Origin: Cyanophora paradoxa CCMP329
Taxonomy: Eukaryota > Plantae > Glaucophyta
NCBI GenBank assembly: GCA_004431415.1
Contig: QPMI01000628.1
Coordinates: 37,847 to 101,846, forward strand
DNA length: 64,000 nucleotides
Direction: 5' to 3'
Shown: piece after piece, positions 58,320-64,000 of the stretch
Layout: every line of letters starts with the position of its first letter
Position numbering within the stretch: position 1 is the stretch's first letter
Translations under genes and position numbers: made by a program
The notes under the pieces: generated by a model
The model's database searches: none
What the model was told of the DNA's origin: nothing
What the model saw: the letters and a program-made list of their open reading frames with translations, nothing else

Positions 58320-59323
58320 TTTATGCGAAGCTTGTAATTACTGGATAGGAAGGGTGAAGCTGTGACATTCGCATCTTAAAGTATTCATAAACTGGTCTCC
58401 TGCTGGCTCATCACCATAGCGAATTTCAAAGTCAGATGAACAGGTTGACCCTCAAAATCAATTGTTCATTAATAGCATTTACAATATCAACCGAGAAAGT
58501 GGATAATCCAACCTTCTTATTATAGTATTTGTAAAGTGGATGAGCCTCTGTCGAATTGTAAACTACATGCTCACCATAATCTTTGTCAGGGACCACTATT
58601 TTATGGAAGTAACCAGTCAGAAGACCATCCCCACATTGCACCAGATCACCCAGCTCCTTTACTCTCACAAACAAAACACTGTCCCTGGTCTTCTCAGGCT
58701 CAAAAGAAGATATAATGCCATTCACTCGACCACCAGTAAAGATTCCATCAGTGAGAGCATCATAGACCTGTGATTGGATTGGGGAGTTACCATATCTTCC
58801 AGGATCAAGACCCAGCAGTCTAGCTGAACTCAACAGCTTTTGGATTGTTGTTGGCTTGGGTTCACAGCTACTGAGAAAGCCAAGTAAAATGGTACTGCTG
58901 AGTGGAATATAATTCGTTTCAGTGATTCATCCCATTTGCAGCGAATGGATGGTTGGGGATTTCTGCCTTCGAATTTAGAGTTAATTACATTCACCAGTTG
59001 TTGGTGGCTTTGGATGGGGTGTTTCGACTTATAATGAATTGTTTCCATTGTTCATAGTCAGCAGCTGGGCGAACTGTTGGAATTCCTGAGCTTCCAGCTC
59101 CAGGAGTTGTTCAGAATAATAAATGCTAAATGCATTGTCAACTGTCACATCTCCAACTTTGGTTTCACCACTCACCATAGGATGCTGTTATAAAATTCGG
59201 CTGATACCAGTCTCACAGCCCTCACATTCTCATAAGAACTTGGAGTCTAGCCACAAAGCTTGATGTGGGACCATCACCAGAGATTGTATTAAATGAGCTA
59301 ACCTCGATGTAATCCACAGGCAT
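58320..59323 (-). pseudogene. Minor capsid (penton-like) protein 1, frameshifted
   Basis: MPVDYIEVSS..GPTSSFVARL / YENVRAVRLVSAEF; C-terminal LFVRVKEL..YFHKIVV..LSTFSVDIVN. Confidence 0.65.
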
Positions 59324-59352
59324 TCTTCTTTTATCTATATTTATATATTAAA

Positions 59353-60270
59353 ATGAATCGACTTGTTAATATTGATAGCAGGGATAGAAGCCAAGGACAA
59401 AATGAAAACTCTTACAGGGTCACTCTCACAACTCCAGTAGAGAGACCAAGGAATGTAGGTTCTCTATGCAGAGATTCCAAACAGTATCTATAACAGTGTG
59501 GGAACTGATCATCTAACAGTTCAGTTTAATTACCAAGATGGTTCATACAATGAATCATCACACAGAAAGTGTATCCCCTTCCCAGTGGCTACATTAACCA
59601 GGGTCATTTTGGGGTAACACACCCTTATAATTATGGCTGAACTATTCAAGCTTCCAAACCATTGCAGGCAAAACAGTAGCTTTGAGTTCAAGATATTCTA
59701 TAACCCAACTACTATAAAGTGGAGTTTTACAGTAACCATGAGTTTCGTTTTATTGCAAGCAACCAGAGAATAGGGAAGCTTTTGGGTGTGAGTTCTACTG
59801 AATACACCAATGGTATTATAGCACTCCTCCTGTTGGTGGATCACCCTATCGACCTGAGAACCTGTTAAAGTATGATGGCAAACCTATTACACCTGATCAC
59901 CCAGCATGGGGAACCACCTTTTCGGGACCCAGACTCTCATCTAAGCCCTTGCATATTATTTTGACAGCAGGAAGATGTCTGATATGAATGCTGAGCAGTA
60001 TCTGTACATGCATATTAAAGAGCTGTCCCCCTTTGCCAGCAGACACAATATAATCCCGAAATCGCAACCACATAACCAGGGGCTATCCTTAGATTACAAT
60101 TGAGTAAGGATATAGGTGGCTATGTTACCATAGTGGTGAGCATGCAGAATTCATTCAGATAAATGACCGAAACCTGTGATAAGGGAACTCACAGTTGAGT
60201 TTAAAGATTACTTTGGTGAACTGATTGATATGAATGGAATCGATAATCGTTTCAGTTGAGTTTATCGAAT
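59353..60270 (+). pseudogene. Minor capsid (penton-like) protein 2, frameshifted
   Basis: MNRLVNIDSRDRS..NSYRVTL, AEIPNSIYN, YLYMHIKEL, LTVEFKDYFGELIDMNG (PLV/NCLDV penton pattern). Confidence 0.72.
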
Positions 60271-60853
60271 AAAGGCACCTGTAAAGTCAACTCTCATTGT
60301 GGAGCATTCACATACACAAGGGGATAAATGCGAATATATTGATTCTGAGAGAATACCTATGTAAAAAGCATCTTTGATGCTGAGAGGAAATCCACTCAAC
60401 AGAGCCATATCACCTGAGTTGTGAGCATTGTTAATGTTCTCACAGACATATATTTTGTTCTGCCCATCTAATCGAATAAAAGACCAGTTGATCCCATCAG
60501 TGGATGTTGCCACATTGAAAGTCTTAATAAAAGCATTGGTGTCCCCTGATCCATATGCAATCACAGAAGAGAGTTCAAAAGTATATGGGAAAGCAACTGA
60601 AGGTAATTCAGTGGGGGTTTCCCATATCTGTTCAGGAGCATAGGCTCCAGCTTCCCAGCCAAATGCTGAAGGTCTAGCCATGAAAGGCTCTTTACCTGTC
60701 ACAGAGGATGAGGCAGTAAAGGCATCATCTGAAAGCTGATACCAATTGGCATCCAAAAGGAGGTGATGTAGTGAGAGTGGATGAAATGTAAGCCTTTGAA
60801 GGGTTCTTCAGTTCATAGTTTGCTACTAGTAGGCTGCAAAGCTTATTAATCAT
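60262..60853 (-). CDS. Discoidin (F5/8 type C)-like protein, frameshift near 60757
   Basis: AFTASS..PFMAR..GW..FIKTFNVATSTDGINW. Confidence 0.55.
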
Positions 60854-61807
60854 ATCATGTTTGCTGCTATGTAGGTTTCAGTGAATGCAAGCATGTCTGG
60901 GATTTTAGAAGTGTCATCCAGGGAGCTTACTATATGATTTGGAAGTGGGACTGATAGCCTATAGTATCTCCCATAATCCTGATCATAGTTGTAGGGTAAC
61001 AACTCCTCCATCTTATCAAGGGCAGAAGCTCACTTGCAGCCATGAGCATGTTAATCAATGGGCTTCCATCTGTTGAGGCAATCCATGAGAGAATGCCCCA
61101 GCTGTTCACAGTCTCATAAGCATAACCCACATAATCAGACTCTAAATGTGGGTCCACCTCTCCACAAGAGATACTTATTACTATAATATCATCATCATCA
61201 CTGTAAATCTTCTTTGCATGGCTGTAACCACACACACTGGGATTATTGTTTCCCGAAATGGCACCATCAATGAGACAGACAAATACTCCCCGATTGAAAT
61301 CAACAATGCTTACAGGAGAGAAATATGTAGGAGCAGCAGAAGTAGCCCTAGCAGCAATCTTACAAGGCATAAAGTTGTAATTGTTATCATTTGTGATAAA
61401 TATTGGTTTCATATTCTGAGTATCAAAGGATGTATCACAATGTCCTTTAGGGAATCCTGTATTAGTGATTCACCAGTAACTGAATTGATTGCAGTCTCCA
61501 AGGGTCCCACATCATACTTTGTGTTAAAAGGGCATTTTCGATATTTCGAGGATTTGCGAAAATCAAGGGCAGTTGAGTTAGGTAAATATTGTGTAAATCG
61601 TTTGCTGTCAGTTTAGGTTCACCTGGTTTATCAGGATGCCTTATATTCAAACCTATTGCAATGATCCCACCAGTGGAAGTTCCACTCACAAGATCCACAA
61701 GATCGATTATTCTCCTGCCAGTTCGATTTTCGATTTCTTTTAGCAGCCTGGTTATGATAATGCCCCTTGCACCCCGCCAGAAAGACTTAAACGACCTTGA
61801 GAGGCAT
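60850..61807 (-). pseudogene. Patatin-like phospholipase, frameshifted
   Basis: GGARGII oxyanion loop, DLVSGTSTGGIIA (GxSxG), ARATSAAPTYF, LIDGA..NNP. Confidence 0.85.
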
Positions 61808-61850
61808 CTTTTACTTATCAGGAATTTTATAAATCCATATAGTAAAAGCC

Positions 61851-64000
61851 ATGAGCTTCAATTACCCACCAAATCTAGAAACCATTCAAGATGATAATGC
61901 AAGCAGCACCAAGCATGTGAACTTTGATAATATTAAAGTAAAGGGTTCAGTTTCAATTGACCACAGCTCTGATAATTCATCAAAGACTCAATCAAGGGAG
62001 CATGCTTTATCTGTGAATCAAACCGATCCAGATAAAGAGGAGTCAGTGTTGCTTTTAGTTTGGGTAATGTGAAAGCAAACCAAGTGGCAGAGATCAAAGC
62101 AACAAGAAGGAGACCTAGGAAACTAAAAACCAGTGGCACTCACCCAGATATACCTTCCAGGTTCGATAGTGGTCGATTGATTTTCAATGTTCAAGATGAG
62201 CAGGGCAAACAGAACACAGCTTTGCGAATTTACAATGAGGGCAGCACTGCAAAAGCTGAGGTCCCCCAAGTATTGCAAGTGGGTCCCATTGCCAACACAA
62301 ATCAGGTCTCCTACACAAATGATGTCTACCCCAAGGATATTACATATGACTTTGCGAGGAATGAGCCTTTTGGGTTTTTACTCCAAAAGATGTCCATCAA
62401 AAAAAGCCATCAATTACAATCAACAGTAGCCCCAGTCAACCAGTAGCAATCCATTTACATCCTGATTTAGTCGAAATGGATAGGCACCTTTTGCCTTTGT
62501 ATAGCAATGTGAAAGACCTTGGAATTCGAACCAGGCAATGGCGAAATATCCATGGCAGCAATGTGTATGCAAATGGGAGAAGCTTGTAAGTGAGAAAACC
62601 TAAGGAAATATTGAGCATTATGGTCCAATGGACCTACAGTCCCATTCCCTATTCCATTTCCATGGACCACCCGATTTAACACCAAAGAAGCAGCCTGGAA
62701 GAGAATACACAGCAACTGAAGATGTAGCCTTTGGGCAGCATATTGTTAGTTGGGAGCAAGTTCGCAATAAACCTATAATTGAACCAGAAAGCAAATAGAT
62801 GAGCAGTATTTACCTCCTGAAGTCGATATATTAGAGCTTGATGAATATCAATTCGTTCCAGATGAGGAAGAATATTTACCAGATGGTTTTGACCCACAAG
62901 AATATGAATATGATCAGTTTGACCCAATGAGGAGGAGATACTACCAGATGGCTTAGATCCCAAGAGTTTGAGTATGAGCAGAACTATGAACCTGATGAGG
63001 AGTATTTGCCAGATGGGCATGATCCACCAGCTGTTGATTATGAGCAACCTTATGAACCCCATGAGGAATTATTACCAGATGGATTTCGACCTGAGATCTG
63101 GGAGTTCTTTCCTGATTATGAACAAATTAATAATAAACCTGCAAAGTATCCCCAGAGGATCACAATCATGATTGGGATGAGATCTTAGGCAAACCTCAAA
63201 AGTATCCACCAGAGGATCACAGGCATGATTGGGGTGATATTGATGGATTCCAGATAAGTTCCACCAAGCAAACATGAACACATGGGATGAGATCAATGAC
63301 CAACCAGAATTCGCAAAGTGAGCCTCTTGATACTTGGGGTTTCTCTTTACCAGACTTGCAATGTCCCTGAAAGATCTTTTTGAATGAACACTATGTTCAT
63401 GTGAATGGGACACTTGCAATTCAGCTATGAGAGGACCACTTCATATTAGGACATTACCAGGCTCTTATAAACCCCACCTGAACCAGGAGCAACCATACCA
63501 AATATCTTTGTGTCAAGCTACATGGAGGCTGACATTCCCACAGATACTTTTAGAGTCCAACAGACCCAGCAACCTACCAAAATTTCAACTCTGCTATACA
63601 GGTTCATGTAGCAGATGTAAGCAGTTTGATGGCTCAAGACCAATGATAGTATTCAGTCGAGATAAATATTCCTACATTCCCATAGTGGGAACTGCAAATG
63701 ATAACTATGGGAGGGCAGAGCTTGCATGGATTAAAACAGATTATGGTGGGGTTCTGGAATCCAATCAGAGGATGGCTGCAAAAAACATACACAACGAGAA
63801 TATATCAAGAGTGGTCACAGAGGATTACCTTACTGCTGTAATACTTGTAATTTCGTAACTCTTGCTATGCTTGGAGATTATGTAACAAAACCTGAACTTG
63901 CAGATGAATTCTCAAAATATCTTCCGCTTGTTGGTGGGACAATCACAGGAAATCTAAGAGTCAATAGTAATATTTACAGCAGCAATATTGAGACCAGCAA
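61851..64000 (+). pseudogene. Fibre-like structural protein(s) with phage tail-fibre repeats, frameshifted, running off the window
   Basis: ~22-aa LPDG.DP..YEQ.YEP.EE repeats (62858-63100), KP.KYPPEDH.HDW.(D/E)I repeats (63135-63305), YLPLVGGTITGNL (63918-63957). Confidence 0.6.

Larger units (their letters stand above)
44723..64000. mobile_element. Endogenous Maverick/Polinton-like virus (left part; continues beyond the window)
   Basis: Abrupt switch from GC-rich intron-rich DNA to AT-rich gene-dense DNA with rve integrase, pPolB, packaging ATPase, major and minor capsid genes. Left junction lies between ~44699 and 44723; the right TIR and TSD are not in the window. Confidence 0.93.

Noticed and set aside
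44723-64000. Bacterial or phage contamination
   Set aside because: The gene set (rve integrase, pPolB, A32 ATPase, jelly-roll capsids) is that of eukaryotic Polinton-like viruses, and there is a structured terminus at the junction.
1-64000. tRNA or rRNA genes; host species assignment
   Set aside because: No RNA gene recognised by eye, and the sequence alone does not let me name the organism.

Overview
Eukaryotic (protist/alga-like) nuclear DNA in two sharply different parts. (1) 1-~44,700 is very GC- and CpG-rich host sequence with intron-dense genes: a multi-pass membrane protein, a cytochrome P450, a DnaJ-type Zn-finger protein, a Sec1/Munc18 protein, a RING-kinase-beta-helix protein and a LamG-like gene. 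It also holds a CACTA element (3-bp TSD), a hAT element (8-bp TSD), large tandem repeats and a decayed Helitron-like region carrying NTF2-like domains. (2) From ~44,720 to the window end is an AT-rich, intronless, CpG-starved endogenous Maverick/Polinton-like virus that interrupts the LamG-like gene. It encodes an rve integrase, a protein-primed PolB, a PrimPol-D5 helicase, a packaging ATPase, a major capsid protein, two penton-like proteins, a discoidin protein, a patatin and a phage-fibre-like protein. The most unusual signals are in the virus. Its left end carries an array of three ~245-bp origin-like cassettes, each with a different iteron. A second copy of cassette 1 sits just after the primase-helicase in a flip/flop configuration, so the 9-kb replication module is bracketed by inverted repeats. 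The pPolB appears to have lost its proofreading exonuclease. In the host, many introns contain copies of the adjacent exon end plus splice site. All calls are by eye from motifs; no database searches were run, and exon boundaries are approximate.
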